64,000 bases of DNA from positions 127,596,001 through 127,660,000 of the forward strand of contig NC_042997.1 in assembly GCF_006345805.1 (NCBI RefSeq). The letters are read 5' to 3'. Each line of letters starts with the position of its first letter. Positions within the stretch are counted from its first letter, which is position 1. The notes below the pieces were generated by a model. The model did not search any database. It worked only from the letters and a program-made list of their open reading frames with translations, and was not told the origin of the DNA. This stretch comes from Octopus sinensis (taxonomy: Eukaryota). A program made the position numbers and the translations under genes. This document shows, in pieces, positions 1-11,553 of this stretch.

Positions 1-14
1 TTCCTCCACCCCAA

Positions 15-1190
15 CTATTTTTTTTTTTCAGTGACTTCATTATTATCTCTATCTCCACTACCGAAACTGCTTGAAGTAGCAGTATAGATACACTTTACAT
101 AACCATGATCGGGTTTGGGACATAATCCTTTCAACAATCCAATTATATATGTCGTCAATCCTTCTTTATTCCTATATCTGTTGGTCACCTGCATCGTTAT
201 GTTTAGTATTTTTAATATTGTACGCTCATATAATCTCACCCGCTTCATTTGTTCTACTCATCTTCCTCACTTACTCTGCCCCTTTCTTAATTTACTTACG
301 TGACTTATATTTTACCAAAATTTCCTTTCATATTTAGTTTTTTTCCGCTTTGTTTCTTTTTCCCCCTGTTTTCCTGTTTTTTTTTATAATAAACTATCAT
401 TTTATGAATTCTTTCAATATCTTTACTTTCTTATGTACCCCATACCTTTCACCCATCTTTTTAAGTTATTTTTTTCTAATACTTTTCTCCCAATATTTTT
501 TAACACTTTTCTCAACTTTTACCATACAAGTGTAATGCTCCTCAAAATGTTATTCATATCCCTACCAATAGTCTTATTTTTGCCGTTTTCCTCATTTTGT
601 CTTTATTCTTATCTTATTTCATTTATTCCATTTCCGACCATCATTTAGAATTTTGAATTATTGACCCTAACTCCGAAATAGTCCCTCAACCGTTATAATT
701 TTGTTTCGTTTTTATTTTCAACACTTCCTTCAGTCTCCCCTAATCTTCCTTCATCTCTAAAAATTTTTATATTATTTCATACTTTTGCTATTTCGTCTTT
801 CCTTCTAACTCAGTACTCCTGCCACTTTAACTGTCATGTTATATCCGCTTTTACTTTCATTTTCTAATGATTACTTCAAATAATTTATCATCTATTACTC
901 TTATAGTGAATTCTCCTAATTGTATTCTTTAAACACCTGTTCGCTTTTCTTTCTATATTCCTTTTCCTTTTTCCCTTACTTGTTTCCCTTTTTCTTTTCT
1001 TTCTTTAACTTTTATTTCTCTCTTCCTTCATTATTTTTCTTCTTACTTTTCCTTCTTTTTATCCTTTTAACTCTCATTATTTCCGTTTCCGTTTTTCTTT
1101 TCTCCTCTTCCTTCTGTTTTACTCCTTCTTTTTTTACCTTTATCATACTTTCTTCCCACCTTCACACTCCATGTCTAAAAAAAGTATAAT
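15..1190 (-). mobile_element. Very decayed LINE 5' region (Lys/Glu-rich ORF1-like stretch plus possible AP-endonuclease relic)
   Basis: Minus strand is purine-rich with scattered APE-like motifs in roughly the expected order (ADIT, GRLGETEGSV, IGRDMN ~ GDFN, PDHGYV ~ SDH); many stops, spacing imperfect. Confidence 0.3.
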
Positions 1191-1259
1191 TATATATAAA
1201 TGAGTTAACCTTGTCAATTTTCTGGTCTTACCTTGCCCTAAGATCTTGTGTGCCTACAG

Positions 1260-1322
1260 GTGAAACTCAAGGTAGTAAGAGACTGGCTCGACCGAAATAG
1301 AATACCATTAATCTATTCCATG
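1260..1322 (+). CDS. Candidate coding exon (VKLKVVRDWLDRNRIPLIYSM), gene unidentified
   Basis: Acceptor ...gtgcctacag|G, donor ATG|gtattg, 63 nt, open only in phase 0; no homology recognised. Confidence 0.3.
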
Positions 1323-1585
1323 GTATTGAGTATACTTTTCTGCAGTTAATACTGATAACACGAGTAAAATGTATGGCAAAGTGGAAACAAACAAACAAAA
1401 AAGTAATGTAAAACATATGAAAACATGTGCCTGAGAAGTGTAGAAATATATAGCGAAAAACAGCAAGCAAAGATGTGTTCAACGAAGCTTAACACGTCAA
1501 AGAAAGAGGTCATTATGTGTGTGTCAGTGTGCGTGTGGGTTCGTGTGTTTTTGCGCGTGTATGTATATGTATGTATATATATATA

Positions 1586-1633
<48 letters not shown>

Positions 1634-1716
1634 TATGTACATATACAATAACACACATTATATATAAATGTATATACACATATAAATTTGACATGGGTGA
1701 TTCTTTCTTGTCTTAG

Positions 1717-1797
1717 GATTCACGGTCAAGCGGCTGAGTGAAATTGCGCGAAAATTACCCAGATGTGTAGAATGATCCGGCCCTATTGCTGGGCTTG
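1717..1797 (+). CDS. Candidate exon (phase 0: DSRSSG-stop; phase 1: GFTVKRLSEIARKLPRCVE-TGA-SGPIAGL)
   Basis: Strong acceptor ttctttcttgtcttag|G and donor TTG|gtatgt; 81 nt; every frame contains a stop. Confidence 0.25.
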
Positions 1798-2309
1798 GTA
1801 TGTTTTTCATAGCTCCCATGGTTACCGAGATAATCTACTGTAATAATACTTTTGTGTTTATGAGTGAGAAAGGAAGGTGTGATAGGGGAATAAGGAAGGA
1901 ACGGATGATGTCATACTTGGTAGTTGGATGATAAAAATTATACGCTGAAAAATAAATCAAACAGCGTTTCAGCTCTTTGTGAATTATGTGTATGTATGTA
2001 AAAGGAGGCTATGTGAATGTGGATGTGTGTGCGTGTGTGTATGTTTGTGCGAGTGTGCGTGTGTGCGCGCGATGAAAGTGGGATGGTTCATCTTTGTTCG
2101 CTTAGTATTTGGGTTTATATTTTAATTGGTTGAATCTCGGTTGTTTTTTTGTTTTTTTTGGTCAGTTATTTTTAGCGTTTTGACAGAAAAAAGTCAATCA
2201 GAAATTGCTTTTTAATATAAGCGTGCCCAAATAAGCCGAATGCTTACACATAGCAGATTTTACAGACACATCATCCAAACTGACCGAGTGAAACCGGGCT
2301 TAGCTGTTA

Positions 2310-2370
<61 letters not shown>

Positions 2371-2373
<3 letters not shown>

Positions 2374-2510
2374 CTTTACTACCCACAAGGGGCTAAACAC
2401 AGAGGGAACAAACGAGGACAGACAAACGGATTAAGTCGATTACATCTACCCCAGTGCGTAACTGGTACTTAATTTATCGACCCCGAAAGGATGAAAGGCA
2501 AAGTCGACCT
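2371..2510 (-). mobile_element. SINE family A (ggcggcgagctggcag... head; ...gggtagtaaagaaa tail), 3' part
   Basis: Matches the recurring unit tttctttactacccacaaggggctaaacac...cgaaaggatgaaaggcaaagtcgacc; abuts a (TA)n tract. Confidence 0.85.
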
Positions 2511-2826
2511 ATATACTAGTGGTTAGGGCATTCGGCTCTCGATTGTAAGGTCGTGAGTTCGATTCCCGGTGATGCGTTGTGTCCTTGACCGAGACAATTT
2601 ATTTTACGTTGCTCCAAGTCCACTCAGCTGGCAAAAATGAGTTGTACCTGTATTTCAAAGGGCCGGCCTTGTCACACTTTGTGTCATGCTGAGTCTCCCT
2701 GAGAACTATGTTAGGGGTACGCGTGTCTGTAGATTGCTCAGTCACTTGCACATTAATTTCATGAGCAAGCTGTTCCTCTGATTGTATCAGCTGGAACCCT
2801 CGTCATCGTAACCGACGGAGTGCTCC
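2511..2826 (+). mobile_element. SINE family B (tRNA-like head, CORE-like middle, ...gtaaccgacggagtg tail)
   Basis: A-box-like tagtggttag, B-box gagttcgattcc; body shared with copies at 12.4, 43.1 and 59.4 kb. Confidence 0.85.
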
Positions 2827-2908
2827 TACATATATATATATATATATAAACGGAATGTTCCAAAGAATGTATACACACTTCAGGAAAGAAAAATCTGTAT
2901 AAATAACA

Positions 2909-3000
2909 TAAATATAGATACCTCTTTCGGTGTTTTATAAAATTGCCATAATTGCAATCATCGTAATTTGATAAAACATCGAAAGAGGTATCTATATTTA
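2909..3000 (+). other. 92-nt near-perfect inverted repeat / hairpin
   Basis: taaatatagatacctctttcggtgttttat pairs with ataaaacatcgaaagaggtatctatattta (30 bp, one G-U), extended by aaattgc/gtaattt. Confidence 0.9.
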
Positions 3001-3079
3001 TAGAGGTACTTATACAAGTTCAATATTTATACAGATATTTTCCTTTCCAGAAGTATGTATACATTTTTTCGCGGACTCA

Positions 3080-3151
<72 letters not shown>

Positions 3152-3514
3152 TATATACCAGAAATCCCTAGTTTGTCGGGTTCGTTCTGAGTCTGCGCAG
3201 TGATCTGATTAGTTAGAAAGAGCAAATTATTAGACGCACATGCGTCTATCGAGTTGCGCTTCATAATAACAGGAATCTTACTGAAGAGCCTACCTGAGTA
3301 AATAAATATTATTTTTATTGCTGAACAAGGCGAAACTGCAGTCTAAGATGAACAGAGTTAGTAAAAGTTTTTATCTTCATTTCACTAAATTTATCAAGCT
3401 TCTGTGTTTCTAGTACATACTTCGCCTTTAATCTACTTATATATGAATAATATATGGCCGGTGCTAGAAACACCAGCGATAATAATTAATTTTATTTTAT
3501 CGCATTTTGAATTT

Positions 3515-3550
<36 letters not shown>

Positions 3551-3809
3551 CTAGCAGTAATATTCGTCGTAGATCGGATAAATACTTTAACTACTTTTAA
3601 TGTTTCTCGGGAGCCACATTCAGAGTATTATTCTATATATAATTTCCTCCTCAGAAGTTCGTATATGAAATCCATCATTTTTCTACTTCAGTTATTGCAT
3701 TTTTATCTTATATAAAGCACGCATACAGGACGAGTAAATCTAAATCCGACTGACAGGACACAGCATTTGTAATTTCATTTCATTATTACTTACTGATATT
3801 CCTGATATT

Positions 3810-4600
3810 CCTAATCAAGAAAAAGACCTTCAAAAAAGGAACACCAAACAAACGCACGAATACCTGGTGGATTGCAATCCCAAAGACACAGTGAGTGCGA
3901 GACCCGGGCATTTACATGAGTAATGATTCATCCTTCCATGTGCATGTTGCTAAGTTGGCAATGAAATGCAGGCGGCTGACCAGATGGTTTGTTAGATCTT
4001 TTAGAACAAGAGATCAGGAAACAATGATGGTCCTTTGCAGGACATTTGTTCTAAGCCGCTTTGACTGTTGCTCCCAGCTATGATCACCAACCAGTGTAAA
4101 ATTAATTTCAGAACTTGAGCCTATCCAACGAAGCTGCATGAAGAAGGTAGCCTCTATACAGCATATAAGCTGCTGGGAAAAAACTCAAGAGATTAAGACT
4201 CTATTCCTTAGAGCGTGGGCAGGAAAGATATGCCATAACATACATCTGGAAGATCCTAGAGGGGCTAGTCCCAAACTCTGGCATTGAGAGTTGCACTAAC
4301 GCTTGAACAGGGCTCCACTGCATAGTACCAAAATCTCCAACTTTTCCATCAAGATATAGGACAAGAAATTGCAACAGCCTGGGATTTAAACGCTCACAGC
4401 CCTTCAATATCCTCCTGAAAGACATGAAGGACCTACATGGGGGGATGTAAGTGTCTTCAAAACGAAACTACATCTCTTCATGTGAATTATCTCAGATGAA
4501 CCAACTTCACAGCAAGAAGTGTAAATGAGGACAGCGGCATCAAAGTACCTCATGCACCAAACGTCAGTTACTAAAAAGAATTAGTGAAGTAAAAATTATG
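3810..4600 (+). mobile_element. CR1-group LINE relic, RT C-terminal region and 3' end
   Basis: RDPGIYMSNDSSFHVHVAKL...RSFRTRDQETMMVLCRTFVLSRFDCCSQL...LYSLERGQERY; interrupted by stops. Confidence 0.85.
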
Positions 4601-4742
4601 TAGCAACACCAAATGGCGGTGCCCCAGCATGGCCATACCTCGTGAGCTGAAACTAGTTCAATTCAATTCATATATATATGGAGAGAGAGATGGACTTGCA
4701 TAGCAAGTGATTTGATCTGAGATCGTGTGCTGGAACGAAAAC

Positions 4743-4945
4743 AATTGCAGCGTGGAAGGTGTTTGTAAGCCATTTAAGAAACACACAAAAGCCGTTCGAT
4801 TTACTTCAACATTTAAGTTTAATTTGTCAAAATATTTTCGTCGCTATAAGACCGCGACCTGTTCACTGGCAAAAATCCGTGAAGTGAATCGAACGGCTTT
4901 TGTGTGTTTCTTAAATGGCTTACAAACACCTTCCACGCTGCAATT
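4743..4945. mobile_element. MITE / fold-back element with 66-bp terminal inverted repeats
   Basis: 4743-4808 is the reverse complement of 4880-4945 with 1 mismatch; 71-bp spacer. Confidence 0.85.
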
Positions 4946-5232
4946 ATATATATATATATATATAATATATATATATATATATTATATATATATATATATA
5001 TATTATCAAATATGTACATATATATTCATATATATATATATATATATATACATACATATATATTATATATACACACATATATATATATATATGCATATAT
5101 ACACACACACATATATATAAGTATATATATACATACATATATATGTATATATATATATACACACACGTATATATACATATATATATATATATATCCATAT
5201 ATATATACATATACATATATATATACATATAC

Positions 5233-5293
<61 letters not shown>
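4946..5293. repeat. Compound (TA)n/(TACA)n microsatellite
   Basis: Directly visible; source of spurious YIYI ORFs. Confidence 0.95.
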
Positions 5294-5298
<5 letters not shown>

Positions 5299-5299
5299 C

Positions 5300-6125
5300 T
5301 TTTATCTTTTACTGGTTTCAACCCAGGGCTGAGGTCATGCTGGTACACCACCTATAGTTACTCGGTGTTGTTTCCGAAATTGTTTTTTATGAAGTAGCGA
5401 GTCGGACGGAGTTGCTCTCCTTTGCATCTTCTGCCATGATGTGGGTTCATTTGGTGTCTCAGGCAGAAACCTGTCCAGACATTCCTTGAAAACTTCCACA
5501 TCAACACTTTGTAGATCTGGAAGGTTGCCTGAAAGGATGTCGAACAATTATAGGCCCTTGAAACTCAGACTCGAATCCATCTAGCCATTCACCTGAACGG
5601 TGTTGCCATCTTGGCAATATGCACGTGAAATGTTGCATCATTGCTCATGTGAACACCCAGGTCACGCACCGACTCTGACTCTGGGATCACCTTACTTTTG
5701 GTCCAGTGTATTCTGATTTTAGTTTGGTGTTGAACCGATAGTGGAGTGCTTGAAATTTCATTGCATTGAACTGCATGTTATTTTTGTTAGCTCATTTGTG
5801 TATTTCTTTCAGGTCCTTCAGCAGTTTTCTGATGTCCCCTCGGTTCCTAACTGCCTGCGATACTTTTGTGTCATCTGCATAACCGGTCAGATTTGCTGAC
5901 TGTACCGCGGAAGGCATGTCTGAGAGGGCCACCACAAATAGTAGTGGCCCCAGTACAATTCCCTGTGGAATTCCGCTGAGAATTGGTATTTCTTCGGAGT
6001 GAACAACATTGGCTACAACTGTCTGACTCCTGCCCTTTATAAAATCATGCAGCCACTCTCCCAGAGTCCCCGTAATACCAAGGTTTCGCAGCTTGTAACA
6101 TATCATGCCATAATCACCCTTGTCG
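5300..6125 (-). mobile_element. CR1-group LINE relic, RT core with internal deletion
   Basis: SGIPQGIVLGPLLF...YADDTKVSQ, RDLGVHMSND, and C-terminal FKECLDRFLPETPNEP; stop after KEIHK. Confidence 0.9.
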
Positions 6126-6219
6126 AAAAATAAGTAGAAATAAGTAGCAGTTGAACACTTTCCCCTTTCCCCCCGAAATTGCTAGCCTTGTGCCTAAATT
6201 TGAAACCAATATTACATAA

Positions 6220-6450
6220 ACTCCAAAGATAGCGAGCTCGCTGAATCGTTACCGTGCCGGGAAAAAATGATTAACGGCATTTTATCTGACTTTACGTTCT
6301 GCGTTGAAATGTCGCCAGTGTCGACTTTACATTTCTTTCTTTCGAGGTCGATAAAAGTACCAGTTGGATACTGGAGATCGATCTAATCGACTTACTCCTT
6401 CCCCGCAAATCACTGGCCTTGTGCTAAAATTTGAAACCGATATCAAATAA
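6220..6450 (+). mobile_element. SINE family A, diverged variant
   Basis: gagctcgctgaatcgtt...gtcgactttacatttc...gtcgataaaagtaccag matches family A. Confidence 0.7.
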
Positions 6451-6619
6451 ACTCCAGGAAAGAAAGATGTTTGTACGAACTGACATAAGATAGTTGAAAA
6501 GTAAGTCCCTCACTTACTGTCTCACGAAGAAATCATTTGAAGATATTTAACTTAATGTGTTTCGAAGTCATTAACTAATTGGTTGTTAATTGATGCAGTA
6601 GATTCATTTAAGTGTAAGG

Positions 6620-7200
6620 TGTGCATCGAGGGAGTTTCAGTTGGAGGTAGTGTTGAGTTGGATCTCAGTAGGGTTGTGAAGACGTAAGGTGCGAAAGCAT
6701 TTTGTTACTTAGGTGATATTGAGAAAATTGATCAAACTCGCTGACTGTGGCTTGAGTGAGATGTACATAAAAGAAATACTAAGAACTGAGAGGTGTACTA
6801 CCGAAGAAAAGAATGATGCTGAAATTGATGGGAAAGGTTTTTATTGCATGTGTATATAAGTGCCATTATTTATCGAATTAAGATATTGGTAACAGATGTG
6901 GAACAGTAGACTTGGAGAGAAACAAAGAATGAATTATAAATGATTATAGGAATAGAATCAATGACAGATGTTGTGAAGCAAAATGGGATGAAATGGCTGG
7001 ATCGTATTCCGAAGATGGGTGAAAGTGATTCGATGAGAAGAGTGGTGGAAATGAATGTGGAAAAAGGTAGAGTAAAAGGAATACCGAAAGATAGTCTAAA
7101 CAGCTAAAGCTGATGGAAGAAGAAATGAAGGCAAGAGAGTTATTTTTACAGAGGGTGAATGTAGAAGAGTGAGTAAAATGGAGAAAATCATCATGTGGTC
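6620..7200 (+). mobile_element. Highly decayed RTE-clade LINE, RT C-terminal region
   Basis: KAFCYLGD and KWLDRIPKMGESDSMRRVVEMNVEKGRVKGIPK resemble RTE motifs FCYLGD and LRWFGHVERM...GRRGRGRPK. Confidence 0.6.
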
Positions 7201-7889
7201 CACAGGGCTAGCCTCTGCTTTAGCCTGGAAAAATTGCTTTAAAACAGTTGTTATTTTGTCCAGTTGTATTTTAAAGAAGTCAGCCTTGGAGCCTCTCTGA
7301 CGAAGCCCTTTCTATTTCCAAGAAATATTGATGGAAATATTTGAACATAGAATTACAATGTAACAAAACCGTTGTATATTATAGTGTGATAATGTTGCTG
7401 CTGCTGTTTCTAGCACAGAAGTGTATTGCCGCATGGTTCTTTATGCCTGATACATAGTCTACATATCCAAGATGGTCCTGGCTGAAAGAAAACGAAATTC
7501 TGGCTGCCGGCTTCTGGGATTGCAAATAAGGCCGTCTCTTCTGCCATTTCCAATGCATTGATCTGTGGCACTTGCAGAACGGCACTTTCTGGTCCATGCT
7601 TTTATTGTTGTGTCGCTTTTTTGTTTATCAAGCTTTTTAAGCAGGTAGCCCTTAATTGGCGTTCACTGCCACTTGTTTAGCTGATGGGCATTTTGCTTTA
7701 CACAACCGGTCTCATTGCTCTTCCTTCGACAACCACAACAATACATCTCCAGAATAGGCCATGAGGACTTGCCAGTCCATAAAGACACCGCTCCACCCAA
7801 ACATGTCTTTTCCCGTCAATTTGGCATTCATTATTTGTAGGTACTTCAAGAAAAGATTCCACAGTTAATGTTAAGTGGTGATGATGATT

Positions 7890-8255
7890 TGGCTAGAAGT
7901 GGTGGTGTTCATAGTGGTGATGGTGGTGGTGGTGGTGACGGTGGTGGTGTAACGATGATGGTGATGGAGTTGGCAGTGATGATGACGGTAGTGGTGTGAC
8001 AACGGTTGTAATGGCAGCGGTGATGGTGGTGTTGTGACGATGGTGGTGGTGTGACGATGGTGGTGATGTTGATAGCGGTGGTGGTGGTGGTGGTGATGGT
8101 AGTGTAACGATGATGTTGGTGGAGTTGGCAGTGATGATAACGGTAGTGGTGTGACAACGGTTGTGGTGACAGCGGTGGTAGTGGTGGTGGTGATGGTGAT
8201 AGTGGTGGTGGTGGTGGTGGTGGTGGTGGTGGTGGCGGCGGCGGCGGCGGCGGTG
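7890..8255. repeat. (GGT/GAT)n low-complexity tract with an internal 155-bp-period duplication
   Basis: gtaacgatgatg...gtgacaacggttgt occurs at 7949 and 8104. Confidence 0.9.
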
Positions 8256-8715
8256 CCAGTTGACAAAATAGTGTTACTCGGGAAAGCGACTTCATTAGTC
8301 GACTGCAGCTGTCTTTGCTAGTTTGCCTGAATTCATATTTGTTTCTGGTGTTGATGTTGTTGGTGTTGTTATTGTTGTTGCTGCTGCTGTTAACTTTCGT
8401 ACTGTCAGTGACATTGGTAATACTTTTATTTGTGCTGACGGAGTAGGCGGCTGTTTTAGAATTATTGAGCAGTAGAAAATATTTCTTTATTGCGACAAAG
8501 GCAAGAAATGTAATAACAATAATAAAATATACAGAAAGAAATATTATTTCTTGGCCTTGGTGAGTGACATCTTCATAGAAAGATATTGTTTTAACGATGT
8601 AATATATAAGTGATAGTAGAAAGTCTTCTCTTGGTTATAAAATATCAGCCAGGATGAACACTTATAAACAAGTATTAGATATGTTAACACTAACTGAACT
8701 TTTGTTTTTATGCAG

Positions 8716-8816
8716 ATAGCACCTCTGAACTATTTATTGTCTAAGCAATTATGCTCCTGGGCCAAGCAATATGCAGTCCCGCACGTCTATTTTGTGATTT
8801 GTTCTTCATTACTTCG
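8716..8816 (+). CDS. Candidate exon (IAPLNYLLSKQLCSWAKQYAVPHVYFVICSSLLR), unidentified
   Basis: Acceptor tttgtttttatgcag|A, donor CG|gtaagt, open in phase 0; the opposite strand weakly resembles an R4-type RT motif (GLHIAW), so it may be spurious. Confidence 0.2.
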
Positions 8817-10955
8817 GTAAGTAGAGTGAAGTCTATATTTCGCTGATGAGGTTATAATAAAGCAGAAACAACTTTGGGGTTGTTTCCCGTACTTATCGAA
8901 ACTATAAAAATAATATCAGCACTTGTTTAATCTTTCGTGCAGAATTATTTCTGGTTAACCTTTCTTAATGCTCCCAGCATTTAATGTGTTAATACTCATT
9001 AACCATTGAATGGGTCGTACGTGCACAAATATGACATCATTTTACAGCAAAGAATATTTTGCAAAGTTATAGTTTCGAATTCTTCTTTCTTCATTTTGAG
9101 CCATCAGATCAACGAACAACTGATGACTTGGTAGAATTGTAACAACGTCGAATAGGATGCCTCACATTATTTATTCCAGTGTTCTGCGCTCTTAGTTCAA
9201 ATCCCGCCATGATCAAATTTACCGTTCGTGCATTCGTGGTCGATAACAAAGTACTAATTCAGAGTGATGGATTGGCGGAACTGTAAGAAAGCTGTACGGG
9301 TTGTCTTGCAGTGTTTGTTCTGACACTTTTCATTCTGGGTTCAAATGCTGCCTTGGCCTACATACGTAGAGGACTCGATCCGTCATCCAAATTAACATCA
9401 CCACCTGACACCTTAGATGCCTTTAGTAGAGTCCACACAATTGCAAGCTTTCGAGCTAGATCCCCAATTTATAGATATTTCCCACCCTCGTTGTCACTCT
9501 TGGAGGCCTTGTAAAGGATCATGGACACAGTTATTTATACCGACTAAGATATTTAAAAAATTATGTATTAATCATGGAACTTCCACGGGAAAAAGACATG
9601 GTTTTCTGCTGCCTACCTTCGAGAGTGTTTATTTAATTTTCACTAGACACTAACTTTACGGTGACACACTGACAAATTCACCACACCTTCGACAGGACTT
9701 CTGAGCATAAATAACACGAACAAACATCACAAAATACTTTACACAATTCACTAATGATTCTACCAATCCACTACTTTGAACTAGAACATGATTTTATTAA
9801 CATTGGAAGGATGAATGGCAACTGATAGCCTCGGTGGGATTTGAATCTAGTACTTTAGGAACTGGAACAAATACCACAAGTCATTTTAACTGATGCTTTT
9901 AACGATTCAAATAATCCACTACCTTAATTTTTTAATTATTTGTGTTTTAATAGTTATACAGTTGTAGATCAAAACCTCTGTCAATATTTCTTAATTGAGC
10001 TATTGCTTACTTTTAATAGGTTTTTATTATGGAAATGATATAATAAATAATATATTTCTAAGACTTAATGCAGTGTTATCTAATGAATTGCTAGCGTGTT
10101 ACATCATTTTAATTGCAGGGAGGTTTAGCAACCGTTTGATAAAACGTCTAATTACTATCATATGAATATGAATGATTATTTATATGAATATTAATGTTAC
10201 TAGTTTGTTTGCTATTTCGAATAATTGTGAAAGCTTTGGGGGTTGGAAATCTTATTGATAGATAATCATGGACAAATAAACAATTATCCACAGTAACAGG
10301 GTTCCTTAGATTTAATCAAAACAGTTTACACTCACAAACACGCACACTGACAGACATATACGCACACATACATACACATACGCATGCACACACTTACACA
10401 CACACACACACACAAATACACACTTAAACATACACACATATCTTTCTAATTCACTATTACCCCTCTCTATCATTTTGAATATTTATCGATCTTCGTGTAT
10501 ATAAATATATACATGAGTAGGTGAACAAACGAAAAGAGACAACACACAACACATTTAGTTGGAATATTAAGTGATTAATGACACGTTCACTCAGCTCCAT
10601 TTTACTTAAAGTTTAGTCGACGCAGCAGACGCCCACATCCACGCATATGTACACATGAACTGAAGAGAATTTTTAAATATTTTGAAATAGCTTCTAGATA
10701 AGAAGATTTGGAGAATCCGTTGATCATTTCAAAGTCACGTGGCTACTTTGGATAAGCAACGACAACACTTGCTGTCATCATATGCTCCAGGTGGTCGAGC
10801 AGACAGTATGTGGACGTCAGGTAACTGGAGGTCTGTGGGATTTCACAGGTTAGCAACGACAATTACTGGTGGAGCCTGTGGCCAGATAACTTGTTTGGTG
10901 CTGTTAAGTTACATATCAGTTAGGATGTCAAGTATGACTACGTGGTGTAATTATA

Positions 10956-11553
10956 TATTTCTTTACTACCCACAAGGGGCTAAACATAGAGGGGACAAAC
11001 AGGAATAGACATAGGGATTAAGTCGATTACATCGACCCCAATGCGAAACTGGTACTTTATTTATCGACCCCGAAAGGATGAAAGGCAAAGTCGACCTCGG
11101 CGGAATTTGAACTCAGAACGTAACGACAGACGAAATATCTACTTCTTCACTACCCACAAGGTGCTAAACACAGAGAGGACAAACAAGGACAGACAGACGG
11201 ATTAAGTCGATTATATCTACCCCAGTGCGTAACTGGTACTTAATTGATTGACCCCGAAAGGATGAAAGGTAAAGTCGACCTCGGCGGAATTTGAACTCAG
11301 AACGTAACGGCAGACGAAATACCAATTTCTTTACTACCCACAAGGAGCTAAACACAGTGGTGACAAACAAGGACAACGGGATTAAGTCGATTATATCGAC
11401 CCAAGTGCGTAACTGGTACTTAATTTATCGACCCCCGAAAGGATGAAAGGCAAAGTCGACCTCGGCGGAATTTGAACTCAGAACGTAACGGCAGACGAAA
11501 TACCGCTAAGCATTTCGCCCGGCGTGCTAACGTTTCTGCCAGCTCGCCGCCTG
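10956..11553 (-). mobile_element. Head-to-tail trimer of SINE family A inside one 16-bp target-site duplication
   Basis: acgtggtgtaattata at 10940-10955 and 11554-11569; one full head near 11551, two further units starting near gtatttcgtctg. Confidence 0.9.

Noticed and set aside
3318-3350. CTGAACA...GAAAC-TGCA-GTC hammerhead look-alike with palindromic stem III
   Set aside because: G8 absent, no stem II, only 3-bp stem I; cannot be distinguished from chance
4904-5397. Many 60-180 aa ORFs rich in YI/VC/HT/RE dipeptides here and at 13.1, 15.6, 17.6, 18.4, 29, 39-41, 46.6 and 58 kb
   Set aside because: Translations of (TA)n, (CA)n, (GA)n and (ATC)n repeats, which lack stop codons
10700-10935. 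Unique GC-richer stretch with CAG|gtaact donor and open frames
   Set aside because: Two frames are open with different acceptors, neither recognisable; acceptor weak
10956-11553. Regularly spaced repeats superficially like an array
   Set aside because: Units are ~185-bp SINE bodies without unique spacers; eukaryotic context, no cas genes, not CRISPR
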